Origin: Bacilli bacterium
Lineage (GTDB): Bacteria; Bacillota_I; Bacilli_A; ML615J-28; CAG-313
Reading direction: 5' to 3'
NCBI GenBank assembly: GCA_035362935.1
Contig: DAOSEC010000003.1
Span: 26,859 to 90,858, forward strand
DNA: 64,000 nt
Below are positions 1-10,124 of the stretch, one piece after another (within the stretch, counting starts at the first letter, position 1; each line of letters begins with the position of its first letter). A model generated the notes under the pieces. It searched no databases. It saw only the letters and a list, made by a program, of their open reading frames with translations, and was not told where the DNA came from. Made by a program: the position numbers and the translations under genes.

Positions 1-2157
1 TATTCTGATTCATTCTACCCTGATGGAATGGTCAAAATTACGGCCACCAAAGTCATCGTTGATGGCATCGCATACATCAATGGCGATTTTATCGTAACTG
101 AAAGTTGGTGGGATTGGTTTGGTGGCTATCGACCAACCCAAGTGAAGAAAACGGTTGAAGAACTCACCATGCTAGATGCAACGCTTCAAGTAACCTATCA
201 ACAATTATATCGAGTTGTTGGTATATTAGACAAAACCGATGGCATTTACAGTCTATATTTGGGTGAGCATTCGATTTATTTGAGTAACATTCCAACCGAT
301 GTTGCATGGTTCCTTGATTCATCTGTCGATGATTTGATTGGACTTGATGTGTTTGTTGATCCTAATCAACCTACCTCAAACATCACTCATTTCGTTCCAC
401 TATACAATCAATCAAATTATTATCCAAACTTAACGATTGAAGAACAAATGTCGATTTTGCAAAACTACATCAGCTATGAATTAAATGGAATGACTTATTA
501 TTCGCTACAAGAATTTGATTTACCATATAATTTATGGGGAACATGGAGTGTTGCAATCGAATATTCTGTTGAACCTGAATACGATAGTCTTATTAATTTT
601 GACTATCAAGTAATGGGTGAAGTAGAAGAAAGCACAGACTTGTTAATTCATGTCAGAATTTATGATTATAGTAACGAAGATAATGCAATCAATTTTGATG
701 TATCCATTACCATTTTACCAATAGAAATTACATCCATTGCTGACTTTATCATCTCTGATCCAGGAATGCTTCTATTTATCAAAGGTACGGTAGTCGCAAT
801 GGACTTTGATGAAAACACAGTGCTACTATATGATGGATTTGACTTCTTGTTTGTTCCAGCATATGGTTACATGGGTGGTTTGTGGCATGGTGATGAAGTC
901 ATTGTACAAGGAAGCTACGTTTATCAATACTACAAACATTACATGAGCGAAGAAAACTGGATCGTATCCACATCAAATGGTACAGGATATGAAATGGATG
1001 CTTTTCCAGTTGTTTCGATGCAAGATTTATTCTTAAATAGCCCAACCGATGCTAGTTTTTATGGTACGACCATGCAAATCGATGGCACAGTCCTCAAATC
1101 ATATGGAAGTGAATCATTCATCTATGAATTAGAAGATGGATTGGGAAATCGCATACGTTTGACCAATTCAAATTACAATTCACAATTATATGACCTTGAT
1201 GGATATGACATTTCAGCACAAGTGGTTATCTATGGTTATCGAGAAGGTATTTGGGTTGTACAATTGCATCATTACTCATTAAGTGAATATACTCCTTCGC
1301 AAAAAATGAGTTTGATCAAAACAGATTTAATCAAACTATATCAAAATGAACTATATCGACCTGATGAAGTGTACTATTTTTCAGCCGCACATCATGTATT
1401 TTGGGATGCCACCATTCAGTGGGCGGTTGAACTAGACGACCAAGTATACGCTAATTTTGATGGATGGAGTGATTTGTATACTGAAATTGTAACAAGCAAC
1501 ACAGTAATCGATTTGATTGCAACCATTACGGTTCCAACCGATACCGATCCTTTAATTGATACTCTAACCTTTAGCATTACGATTCGACCAATCATCGCAA
1601 TTGATGGCGATGCATTTCTAGCAACCCCTGATGGGGAATGGGTATCTGTGGAAGTGATTATTTTAGTCAATGGACATCATTATATGTATGGTTTAGAACC
1701 GACGACACAAACAATCATTTATTTCGCGTTTGGGGACTGGATTGCTTCTGAAGGACAAGTAGTCCTCATCTCGGGACAAAAAGGAACAGTCAATGGTCGA
1801 GCACAAATCAATTGGGGTGCTTATGTGGAAGAATACCTAGAAACACTCAGTGAATATACTACACCATTTGTATACGCCACACCGACTGATCTTCGCGATA
1901 CCTTCATCGATGATTACTACTATACATCCGTACGTGTAACAGGAATCTTAGAAGAAAGCAGTGTAAATGATACAACGTATCAACTCAGTTTCAATGATGA
2001 TATCGTTTATATCAGAACCAAATACATTGAACAAGTATATGAATTTAACAATTTACTTGGTAAAATGGTTACCATTGAAGGTTTGGTATTTACCAATAGC
2101 TTAGATCAAACGGTATTGCTATATCTCATTGGTGGGTATGCTGAAGAAATCATGTAA
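1..2157 (+). CDS. Large exported repeat protein of unknown function (5'-partial; frame open to window edge)
   Basis: Frame 1 has no stop between nt 1 and the first ATG at 28, and the ORF runs to TAA at 2155-2157. The protein is Y/N/D/T-rich with recurring barrel-like modules (FIKGTVVAMDF, DEVIVQGSYVY, MQIDGTVLKSY, VVLISGQKGTV, VRVTGILEES, MVTIEGLVFT). No catalytic motif recognised. Confidence 0.55.
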   Translation, partial: YSDSFYPDGMVKITATKVIVDGIAYINGDFIVTESWWDWFGGYRPTQVKKTVEELTMLDATLQVTYQQLYRVVGILDKTDGIYSLYLGEHSIYLSNIPTDVAWFLDSSVDDLIGLDVFVDPNQPTSNITHFVPLYNQSNYYPNLTIEEQMSILQNYISYELNGMTYYSLQEFDLPYNLWGTWSVAIEYSVEPEYDSLINFDYQVMGEVEESTDLLIHVRIYDYSNEDNAINFDVSITILPIEITSIADFIISDPGMLLFIKGTVVAMDFDENTVLLYDGFDFLFVPAYGYMGGLWHGDEVIVQGSYVYQYYKHYMSEENWIVSTSNGTGYEMDAFPVVSMQDLFLNSPTDASFYGTTMQIDGTVLKSYGSESFIYELEDGLGNRIRLTNSNYNSQLYDLDGYDISAQVVIYGYREGIWVVQLHHYSLSEYTPSQKMSLIKTDLIKLYQNELYRPDEVYYFSAAHHVFWDATIQWAVELDDQVYANFDGWSDLYTEIVTSNTVIDLIATITVPTDTDPLIDTLTFSITIRPIIAIDGDAFLATPDGEWVSVEVIILVNGHHYMYGLEPTTQTIIYFAFGDWIASEGQVVLISGQKGTVNGRAQINWGAYVEEYLETLSEYTTPFVYATPTDLRDTFIDDYYYTSVRVTGILEESSVNDTTYQLSFNDDIVYIRTKYIEQVYEFNNLLGKMVTIEGLVFTNSLDQTVLLYLIGGYAEEIM

Positions 2158-2170
2158 CTCGTCATTTGAA

Positions 2171-2202
2171 AGTGTTTCCCTTTAGGGGGAGACACTTTTT
2201 TA
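2171..2202 (+). terminator. Rho-independent terminator
   Basis: Stem agtgtttccc / ggggagacact (one G-U pair) followed by a T-run, 14 nt after the stop. Confidence 0.7.
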
Positions 2203-2224
2203 TTTATAAAAATTATAACATAAA

Positions 2225-2253
2225 TTGACAATACAATTTTAAATTGTTATAAT
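2225..2253 (+). promoter_or_regulatory. Sigma-A-type promoter of the iron-siderophore ABC operon
   Basis: TTGACA (2225-2230), 17-nt spacer, TATAAT (2248-2253). Confidence 0.7.
2233..2247. promoter_or_regulatory. Perfect 7-1-7 palindrome, candidate Fur-family operator
   Basis: ACAATTT-T-AAATTGT fills the promoter spacer. It has the 7-1-7 architecture of Fur boxes, and a Fur-family gene closes the operon (5968-6450). Confidence 0.45.
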
Positions 2254-2305
2254 CTCGACGTTGTTTGTATTTATAAATATTATAAATAAGAAGAGGAGTG
2301 ATGAT

Positions 2306-3268
2306 TTGAAAAAGACTTATATATTATTTCTGATCTTATTTATACTAAGCATTACATCTTTATTCATTGGTGTAAAACAGTTTGAACTAGTTGATATCCT
2401 AACGTTATCAGAAGAAGTGCTTATGTTTTTAACCATGAGCCGGATTCCACGATTACTCGCTTTGATCTTTACAGGAATAGGTCTTAGTTTATCAGGTCTC
2501 ATTATGCAAACGATTAGTCGGAATAAATTTGTTTCCCCATCGACCGCTGCAACCATTGATTCCGCTCGATTTGGAATATTGATTGGACTTATCTTTTTTG
2601 CATCATCGGCATTTTATGTAAAAACAATTCTTGCGTTTTTATTTGCCTTTTTAGGCACCCTTTTGTTTATGAAATTGATTTCTATGCTCAAAGCAAAGAA
2701 CATGCTTTTGATTCCATTGTTAGGAATCGTGTTAGGAACTCTGATTGACGCACTCACTTCTTTAATTGCCTACCGATTTGACGTTATCCAATTACTCAAT
2801 TCTTCTTTGGTTGGTGATTTTTCGTTAATCGTTCAAGGTAGATATGAACTTCTATACATCATGATTCCAGTTGTGATTATACTATATTTATATAGTTATC
2901 AATTTAGTATAGCAGGACTTGGAGAAGATGTTTCAAAAAATTTAGGACTCCATTACAATCAAGTTGTAATCATAGGTATCGCACTTGTTGCAATCATCAG
3001 TGCGACAACAATCATTACCGTAGGTAATATTCCCTTTTTGGGATTGATTGTTCCAAACATTGTCATGATGATCCATGGCAATCACTTGAAAAAGAATATG
3101 GTACCGACCTCTTTATTTGGTGCGATATTGGTGATATCTACCGATATAGTTGGTAGAGTCATCATTTTCCCTTATGAAATACCGATTGGACTGTCCTTAG
3201 GTGTTGTTGGGAGTTTGATCTTTTTATACTTGTTGTTAAGGAGACCAAAGTATGTCAAACAAACTTAA
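2306..3268 (+). CDS. Iron-siderophore ABC transporter permease (FecCD family)
   Basis: Polytopic membrane protein with FecCD-like sequence. I place the start at TTG 2306, in frame with the track ORF and 8 nt after RBS AAGAGGAG (2291-2298). The region upstream of 2306 is promoter. Confidence 0.85.
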   Translation: MKKTYILFLILFILSITSLFIGVKQFELVDILTLSEEVLMFLTMSRIPRLLALIFTGIGLSLSGLIMQTISRNKFVSPSTAATIDSARFGILIGLIFFASSAFYVKTILAFLFAFLGTLLFMKLISMLKAKNMLLIPLLGIVLGTLIDALTSLIAYRFDVIQLLNSSLVGDFSLIVQGRYELLYIMIPVVIILYLYSYQFSIAGLGEDVSKNLGLHYNQVVIIGIALVAIISATTIITVGNIPFLGLIVPNIVMMIHGNHLKKNMVPTSLFGAILVISTDIVGRVIIFPYEIPIGLSLGVVGSLIFLYLLLRRPKYVKQT

Positions 3269-4202
3269 ATGGAGCTTAATTTTAATTGTCATAGTATTGG
3301 CCTTACTTTATGTGTTCTTAGAAATGAATCGAAATGCTTTTTCTTACATGTTTCCAAGAAGGCTCATTCGACTATTCGCAATCATCCTCGTTGCTTTTGT
3401 GGTAGCAACATCAACGGCGAGTTTTCAAGCACTCACCAATCACCATATTTTAACTCCATCTATGCTTGGGTATGATTCAATTTATTTGTTGATGCAGACG
3501 GTACTCATTTTCGTATTGGGTTCAACCCATCCTCTTAGTTCAAGCTCATCCTTACTATTTTTTGTAACACTCATCATCATGGTTGGATTATCAACAATTC
3601 TCTTTGTTCCATTGCTTCGTTACTTAAGACACGATTTATTTACATTTTTATTAATTGGAATCGTGCTTGCGACCCTTTTTCGCAGTGTGACCAGCTTTTT
3701 ACAGATGATCATCGACCCAAACGAATTTAGCATCATTCAAGATCGGTCTTTCGCAAGTTTCAATAATATGAATGTAAGCCTAATCTATATTGCATATGCG
3801 ATTGTCATTGTGACAACGATTGTATTTCAACATCGAATCAAAGAACTAGATTGTATTGCTTTGGGAAAATCTCAAGCCATCAATTTAGGGATAGATTATA
3901 ACAAGGCTACAACCGAGATGATTGTTATGATTGGTATCTTGATTTCGGTTAGTACGGCACTGGTTGGACCAATCATGTTCTTAGGACTGCTGGTGGTCAA
4001 TATCGCAAGAAGCATTCTTGCAACTTACAAGCATTCTGCTTTGATTCTAATATCCTTTTTGATCGGTGCTGGTATCATCCTCATAGGCCAAACATTACTA
4101 GAACGCTATTTCAATAATATGATTCCCCTAGGTGTCGTGATCAATGCTTTTGGAGGACTCTATTTGCTTTATTTACTCGTTAAGGAATTTAAACGCATAT
4201 GA
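3252..4202 (+). CDS. Iron-siderophore ABC transporter permease, second subunit (FecCD family)
   Basis: Paralogous polytopic permease. RBS AAGGAG precedes the ATG, and the gene overlaps the upstream gene by 17 nt. Confidence 0.85.
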   Translation: MSNKLKWSLILIVIVLALLYVFLEMNRNAFSYMFPRRLIRLFAIILVAFVVATSTASFQALTNHHILTPSMLGYDSIYLLMQTVLIFVLGSTHPLSSSSSLLFFVTLIIMVGLSTILFVPLLRYLRHDLFTFLLIGIVLATLFRSVTSFLQMIIDPNEFSIIQDRSFASFNNMNVSLIYIAYAIVIVTTIVFQHRIKELDCIALGKSQAINLGIDYNKATTEMIVMIGILISVSTALVGPIMFLGLLVVNIARSILATYKHSALILISFLIGAGIILIGQTLLERYFNNMIPLGVVINAFGGLYLLYLLVKEFKRI

Positions 4203-4954
4203 TTGAAGTGAAAAACATTTCGAAATCCTATCAAACAACAAACATACTGAACAATTTATCTCTGATCATCCCACAACAACGCTTAACAACCATCATCGGT
4301 CCCAATGGGGCAGGAAAATCAACCTTAATTGGTATGATTTCACGGATCATCCCACCCACTAGTGGAGATGTATTGATCAATGGTGTGAGTATATTCAAAC
4401 AAAAATCAAATGAACTCGCCAAAAAACTTTCGATTTTGAAACAGGATAATCATATTTTATTGAAATTAACCGTAGAAGAACTCGTATCCTTCGGACGATA
4501 TCCACATAGTTTTGGAAAACTAACCCCTATTGACCATGTAAAAATCAAAGAAGCAATTACATATATGGATTTGGAATCGCTTCAACATCAGTTGATTCAC
4601 ACGTTATCTGGGGGTGAACGACAGCGTGCTTATATCGCAATGATTCTAGCTCAAGATACCGACTATATTATACTAGATGAGCCACTCAATAGCGTTGACA
4701 TCAAACATGCGAAAGAGTTGATGACGCGGATTAGAAGACTTGTGGATGAACTTGGTAAGACAGTGGTTGTGGTTTTACATGACATTAATTTTGCTTCTAG
4801 TTATTCCGATTACATCATTGCTTTGAAGCGAGGAGATGTGGTATTTAGTGGCACTCCTGATGATCTCATGCATCAACACATCCTAACTCAAATCTATGAC
4901 ATTCCATTTACCATTGCTAAGAATAACAATAAAAAAATAGGAATCTATTATTAA
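4199..4954 (+). CDS. Iron-siderophore ABC transporter ATP-binding protein
   Basis: Walker A GPNGAGKST, signature LSGGERQR, Walker B YIILDEP. ATGA start/stop overlap with the permease gene. Confidence 0.92.
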   Translation: MIEVKNISKSYQTTNILNNLSLIIPQQRLTTIIGPNGAGKSTLIGMISRIIPPTSGDVLINGVSIFKQKSNELAKKLSILKQDNHILLKLTVEELVSFGRYPHSFGKLTPIDHVKIKEAITYMDLESLQHQLIHTLSGGERQRAYIAMILAQDTDYIILDEPLNSVDIKHAKELMTRIRRLVDELGKTVVVVLHDINFASSYSDYIIALKRGDVVFSGTPDDLMHQHILTQIYDIPFTIAKNNNKKIGIYY

Positions 4955-4967
4955 AAGGAGAAATATT

Positions 4968-5903
4968 ATGACAAAACAAAATGTATTCATTGCTATGATT
5001 GCAGTTGCTGTATTATTCGCAACGTATCTTGCTTTTGAACTGTTTCCAAAACCAACAACAATCGAGGGTGATCTCACCATTACTCATATGCTCGGTGACA
5101 CAGTCGTTAAAAGAAATCCTACAAAAGTAGTGGTGTTTGACTATGGAGTGTTAGAAACCTTAGATCAACTTGAAGTAGAAGTGATTGGACTACCAAAATC
5201 AAGTCTACCGAGTAAGTTATCCAAATATGCAAGCAGTCAGTATACCGATGTAGGGACATTATTTGAACCAAATTTTGAATTATTATATACCCTATCACCT
5301 GAACTCATTATCATTTCTCATCGACAACTTGCATTATACGATCAACTATCTGAGATTGCTCCTACGATTTATTTGGGAATGAACAATACGAGCTTTATAG
5401 ATAGTTTTGAACAAAACATGTTAATGTTGGGGCAAATATTTGATAAAACAGAAGAACAAGTCGCTTTGGTAGAACAAGTTAGAATTGAAGTAGAAGTTGT
5501 AAATACAGTCGCTTCGTCATCCAATTTAAAGGTATTGGTTATTATGGTCAACGCAAATAACATCAGTGCATTGGGAGTTGGTTCAAGGTTTGATGTTGTA
5601 CACACCGATTTTGGTGCAATCCCAGCTGATCCTAATATTGCGATTTCTCAACATGGACAAAATGTGACTTTTGAGTACATTCATCAAATCAATCCTGATA
5701 TCTTACTCATTGTGGATCGTGGTATGATTGTAGAAGGTGGTGGAGGTGCTGCTCAACTTTTAGACAATGAATTCATCAATCAAACCAAAGCGGCACAAAC
5801 CGGAAAAATGATTTATTTGGATGCTGTTGCGTGGTATATCACAACAGGTGGATCTGATTCCATTGCTATCATGATGGATGATCTTTTAAGAGCATTTGAA
5901 TAA
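4968..5903 (+). CDS. Siderophore substrate-binding protein (cluster A-2 / FatB-YclQ-like)
   Basis: Strong RBS AAAGGAG. N-terminal hydrophobic anchor without a lipobox Cys. The periplasmic-binding-protein fold sequence and the permease-permease-ATPase-SBP gene order resemble B. subtilis yclNOPQ. Confidence 0.8.
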   Translation: MTKQNVFIAMIAVAVLFATYLAFELFPKPTTIEGDLTITHMLGDTVVKRNPTKVVVFDYGVLETLDQLEVEVIGLPKSSLPSKLSKYASSQYTDVGTLFEPNFELLYTLSPELIIISHRQLALYDQLSEIAPTIYLGMNNTSFIDSFEQNMLMLGQIFDKTEEQVALVEQVRIEVEVVNTVASSSNLKVLVIMVNANNISALGVGSRFDVVHTDFGAIPADPNIAISQHGQNVTFEYIHQINPDILLIVDRGMIVEGGGGAAQLLDNEFINQTKAAQTGKMIYLDAVAWYITTGGSDSIAIMMDDLLRAFE

Positions 5904-5967
5904 GGATGTTTTACCATTTTTTTCTTGCTTAATCATGAAAACGTGATATAATACAACCGGTGATAGT

Positions 5968-6450
5968 ATGAAGACAGAAATAAATAACCCATTATTCGAT
6001 AAAATTAAGCAAACCAACATGCGACTAACCGCACCAAGAAAAGCAATTATCGAAATATTAGAAGGTAAACATTTGACACTTCAAGAGATTTATGAACAAA
6101 TGAAAGAGATGGGACATCATAATTTAAGTACGGTGTATAACAATATCGAAGCGTTATTACAGGAAAAAATTGTAACCGAAGTCTATATCAATGGAAAAAC
6201 CCATTATGATTTGGCAATCGAAGATGAATCTCATTCCGCAGCAGAACACATTCATGTTGCTTGTAAAGTAGATGATCATATCATTGAAATCAATCATTCT
6301 GATGTCATTGAAATGATAAAAAAACATCCTGCTTTTCAACACTTTCAAATAGAGTCGATCAAACTTGTTGTAGAAGGAGTTTGCCCGAGTTTTGAACAAG
6401 GGTTGTGTCATTCCAGCGACAACTGTTATTTAAAATCCAAACATGAATAG
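5968..6450 (+). CDS. Fur-family metalloregulator
   Basis: N-terminal wHTH typical of Fur/PerR/Zur (RLTAPRKAIIEIL...LTLQEIYEQM). His-rich dimerisation region (HSAAEHIHVAC) and an atypical Cys-containing tail (CPSFEQGLCHSSDNC). Confidence 0.8.
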   Translation: MKTEINNPLFDKIKQTNMRLTAPRKAIIEILEGKHLTLQEIYEQMKEMGHHNLSTVYNNIEALLQEKIVTEVYINGKTHYDLAIEDESHSAAEHIHVACKVDDHIIEINHSDVIEMIKKHPAFQHFQIESIKLVVEGVCPSFEQGLCHSSDNCYLKSKHE

Positions 6451-6458
6451 AAGTCATT

Positions 6459-6492
6459 ATACCCATAGCGCTAGCTATGGGTATTTATTATT
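6459..6492 (+). terminator. Rho-independent terminator
   Basis: atacccatagc-gcta-gctatgggtat: perfect 11-bp stem followed by a T-rich tail. Confidence 0.8.
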
Positions 6493-6611
6493 TGTTTCGT
6501 TGCATTTAGATTTACAATCTCCCTATGAAAAATAACCTCACTTTTTTCGTGCAAATATTTCATTTTTTTGGTATAATACCATAGTTAAAAGAAAGTATAT
6601 GAGGTCCCTTT

Positions 6612-8426
6612 ATGGAAATTAGAAATATTGCGATTATTGCGCATGTCGATCACGGAAAAACAACATTGGTTGATAGTTTATTACAACAATCCAATACCTT
6701 ACGAGAAAACTTTGCATTAGAAGAACGAGCAATGGATACCAACGCATTAGAGCGTGAACGTGGGATTACCATTTTAGCCAAGAATACAGCAATCAATTAC
6801 AAAGGCGTACGAATTAATATTTTAGACACCCCAGGTCATGCGGATTTTGGTGGAGAAGTAGAACGCATCATGAACATGGTAGATGCTGTTATTTTGGTTG
6901 TAGACGCGTTTGAAGGAACCATGCCCCAAACTAGGTTTGTACTAAACAAAGCACTAGAAGCGAATGTCTTGCCTTTGGTGGTCATTAACAAGGTAGATCG
7001 AGACTTCGCCAAACCACTTGAGATTGTTGATGAAGTGATTGATTTGTTCATTGAATTAGAAGCAAGTGAAGAACAACTAAACTTTCCGATCATCTATGCA
7101 TCAGGCTTAAAAGGGTTAGCAAGTTTCAATCATGACTTTAGCGACGCAGTTGATATGAAACCACTTCTTGATACCATACTAAGTTATGTGCCAGCTCCGA
7201 TTTCCAAACCAGATGAACCATTGTTATTTCAACCATCTTTGCTGGATTACAATGAATATGTTGGACGTATTGGCATTGGAAAAATCATTCAAGGGACGTT
7301 TCGTCTCAATGAAATGGTTAGCTGTGTTCGATTGGATGGGTCAATCAAACCATTTCGTGTTCAAAAATTATATGGATTTTTAGGTTTACAAAAAGTAGAA
7401 ATTGAAGAAGCTTATGCAGGAGACATCGTTGCGATTGCCGGACTTCCAGATATCCATGTCGGGGAAACAGTATGCAATGTTGGATTTGAACATGCACTTC
7501 CACCCATTCACATCGATGAACCAACCGTACAGATGACCTTTGGAGTCAATACCTCACCCCTTTGTGGAAGAGAAGGAAGACTTGTTACCTCATCCAAACT
7601 AGAAGAACGTTTGTATCGTGAAGTACAAAAAGATGTCAGTTTAAAAGTTGAGCGTGGAGAGTTGCGAGATGAGTGGGTTGTATCTGGTCGAGGTGAACTT
7701 CACTTAGGTATTTTAATTGAAAATATGCGACGAGAAGGATATGAATTTCAAGTATCACGCCCAAGAGTTATCTTAAAAGAAATCAATGGTGTTGTTTGTG
7801 AACCCTATGAATTTGTTCAAGTCGATTGTCCAAACGATGTGATTGGAAACGTGATTGAACTTCTTGGAAATCGAAGAGGGATTATGGAATCAATGAATCA
7901 CTCTCTCACTCAAACTAGACTCATTTATACAATGCCTTCTAGAGGATTGATAGGTTTAATGACAGACTTTATGACAGCAACCAAAGGATATGGTGTATTA
8001 AATCACACCTATTTGGAATATCGAGAACGTGAAAATATCGCCGTAGGGAATCGAAAACTAGGTGTTTTGGTTTCGATGCTCGATGGATTATCAACTTCTT
8101 ACGCACTCGGTCAAATTGAAGACCGTGGTATCATGTTCATTGAACCGCGAACTCAAGTGTATGAAGGCATGATTATTGGTGAGGCCAATAAAGAGTTTGA
8201 CTTAGCGGTGAATGCCGTGAGAGAAAAGCAAATGTCAAATATGAGATCAAGTTCGAAAGACTCCACGGTTGTATTAAAAAGACCAAGACTCATGAGCTTA
8301 GAAGCATGTTTGGAGTTTATCAACGACGATGAACTTGTAGAAGTTACACCAAAAAGCATTCGTTTGCGTAAAAAAATCTTAAATACCACGGATCGAAAGA
8401 AATTTGATAAATACGATAAGGAGTAA
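6612..8426 (+). CDS. typA: Translational GTPase TypA/BipA
   Basis: AHVDHGKTTLVD, DTPGHADF and NKVD GTPase motifs. Length and C-terminal domain are typical of BipA. Confidence 0.95.
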   Translation: MEIRNIAIIAHVDHGKTTLVDSLLQQSNTLRENFALEERAMDTNALERERGITILAKNTAINYKGVRINILDTPGHADFGGEVERIMNMVDAVILVVDAFEGTMPQTRFVLNKALEANVLPLVVINKVDRDFAKPLEIVDEVIDLFIELEASEEQLNFPIIYASGLKGLASFNHDFSDAVDMKPLLDTILSYVPAPISKPDEPLLFQPSLLDYNEYVGRIGIGKIIQGTFRLNEMVSCVRLDGSIKPFRVQKLYGFLGLQKVEIEEAYAGDIVAIAGLPDIHVGETVCNVGFEHALPPIHIDEPTVQMTFGVNTSPLCGREGRLVTSSKLEERLYREVQKDVSLKVERGELRDEWVVSGRGELHLGILIENMRREGYEFQVSRPRVILKEINGVVCEPYEFVQVDCPNDVIGNVIELLGNRRGIMESMNHSLTQTRLIYTMPSRGLIGLMTDFMTATKGYGVLNHTYLEYRERENIAVGNRKLGVLVSMLDGLSTSYALGQIEDRGIMFIEPRTQVYEGMIIGEANKEFDLAVNAVREKQMSNMRSSSKDSTVVLKRPRLMSLEACLEFINDDELVEVTPKSIRLRKKILNTTDRKKFDKYDKE

Positions 8427-8432
8427 CAAACA

Positions 8433-8999
8433 ATGAACATAAAAAGTGTGGATGCTTTGCCTGAGGGATATCAATTGGATCGTGAAATCAATTTAGAAAA
8501 AGACAAAAGACTGTTTTGGATGATTAATATCTTATCTATAGTACTTTTCATCCCATTTGTGTTGATTGCTATCGTCTTACAAATTTCTTTTACCATTGAA
8601 ATCATACCGGTTATGATGATATTCCCTCTATCCATTGGTGCCATCATCATTCATGAATTGATCCATGGATTCTTTTTTAAACGAGGAACCAAACAAAAAG
8701 TGAAATTTGCGTTTCATGGTTGGGCAGCCAGTGCGAGTGTACCTGGGGTATATTTTTACAAACATCATTATTTAAAAGTTGGACTATCCCCTGCGATTAT
8801 CCTCAATGGACTACTCATCTTTTTGTTGCTTGTGTTACCAAATGCTTGGTTTTATCCTTTATATATCACCCTTGCAATTCATTTTGGTGGATGCATTGGA
8901 GATTTTTATGTCAGTTTATTACTTAGAAAGTATGATGCTAGTACCTTAATTGAGGATACTGGTGTTGGTATGAAATTTTATACGAAGACAAAGTGTTAA
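8433..8999 (+). CDS. DUF3267-type membrane protein (putative zincin-like, HExxH)
   Basis: Multi-TM protein with HELIH at the end of TM2. Begins 6 nt after typA. Confidence 0.6.
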   Translation: MNIKSVDALPEGYQLDREINLEKDKRLFWMINILSIVLFIPFVLIAIVLQISFTIEIIPVMMIFPLSIGAIIIHELIHGFFFKRGTKQKVKFAFHGWAASASVPGVYFYKHHYLKVGLSPAIILNGLLIFLLLVLPNAWFYPLYITLAIHFGGCIGDFYVSLLLRKYDASTLIEDTGVGMKFYTKTKC

Positions 9000-9018
9000 T
9001 AAGCACTTTGTTTTTTTT
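8988..9018 (+). terminator. Rho-independent terminator
   Basis: caaagtg / cactttg stem with the stop codon in the loop, followed by T8. Confidence 0.7.
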
Positions 9019-9093
9019 ACTTAAAACAATTAGTGAAAATAGGATTCTTATGATATAATCAAATTAGGAAATAAGAAGGTAAGGTGAACGACT

Positions 9094-10124
9094 ATGAAAA
9101 TTCATTCTGTGAATCAATTATCAGAACAAAAAGAACAAGTAGCTCTTTCTATATTTACCAATCACATTCGAATCCATCCATCCTTAACAAACACAAAAAC
9201 GAAGTATATCGAAGATTCCATTTACACGATACGGTTTTTATCAACCTCATTACAGGTCAAAGAACCAACCGTGTTTATTAACTATATGAAGTGGTTTGGT
9301 CAGCTCGCCTTTCATATGCATTTTAATCTTGATCGTATCGTAGAACATTTTACCGTCGCAAAAGACACATTCGCACAATTATTAGCACAACCATTTTTCT
9401 CTCTTCTAATTGAAACATGGGATGAAGGAGTTGAAAAATTTAAACACTCTTTTCATCATGCTTCGAATGAACGAGTACAAATAGATGAATTTTTACAACA
9501 TTTAATCGATATGAACGCAGATAAAGTATATCAATACGTGCTCAAACAATTAGAAGATGGTATGAGTTTACAAGATGTTTATCTACAAATTCTCCAACCA
9601 ACCCTATATCAAGTAGAGAATTGTGGTTACAACGAATCATTACGGTTGCGAAAGAACACTATATCACCGCAGCAATTCAACATATTATCGGGAAATTATA
9701 TTCGGTACTGTTTTCGAGTCGACAAGAAAAACGCTACTCAATGATGGGAGTATGTGCTGGAAACGAATTACATGAAATTGGAATGAGAATGGTCGCTGAT
9801 TTCTTTGAACTATCCGGTTGGGATTCCATCTTTTTGGGTTCTAACATTCCCACTCTTTTTGTAATCGAACAACTAAAAGCAACTCCAACAGATTTAATTG
9901 CAATTTCTGCTACGAATGCCAATCATCTTTATGATGTACAAGTCCTAATCAATAAAATCAAAACAGACGATGCCCTAAAGCACATTAAAATTATGGTGGG
10001 TGGTCGAGCATTCAATGAAACACCAAATTTGTGGAAAAAAATGAACGCCGATGGGTTCGCAACCGATGCGGAACAAGCTGTTATGTTAGGTGAACTTTTA
10101 GTCAGAGGTGAAACACATGGATAA
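9094..10124 (+). pseudogene. Cobalamin (B12)-binding-domain sensor protein, interrupted by a 1-nt frameshift near 9616
   Basis: ORF 9094-9744 carries the first half of a B12-binding_2 helical bundle (...LQILQPTLYQV). ORF 9621-10124 in another frame carries its continuation (LWLQRIITVAKEHYITAAIQ) and the Rossmann B12-binding domain (GNELHEIG, a DxHxxG-like motif). Adding one G in gtagagaa gives QVGELW, the canonical junction. Confidence 0.6.

Noticed and set aside
9621-10124. Treating the second B12 ORF as an independent gene starting at TTG 9621
   Set aside because: There is no RBS. The start falls in the middle of the helical cap domain, whose first half is encoded immediately upstream in another frame, so a frameshifted single gene is the better explanation.
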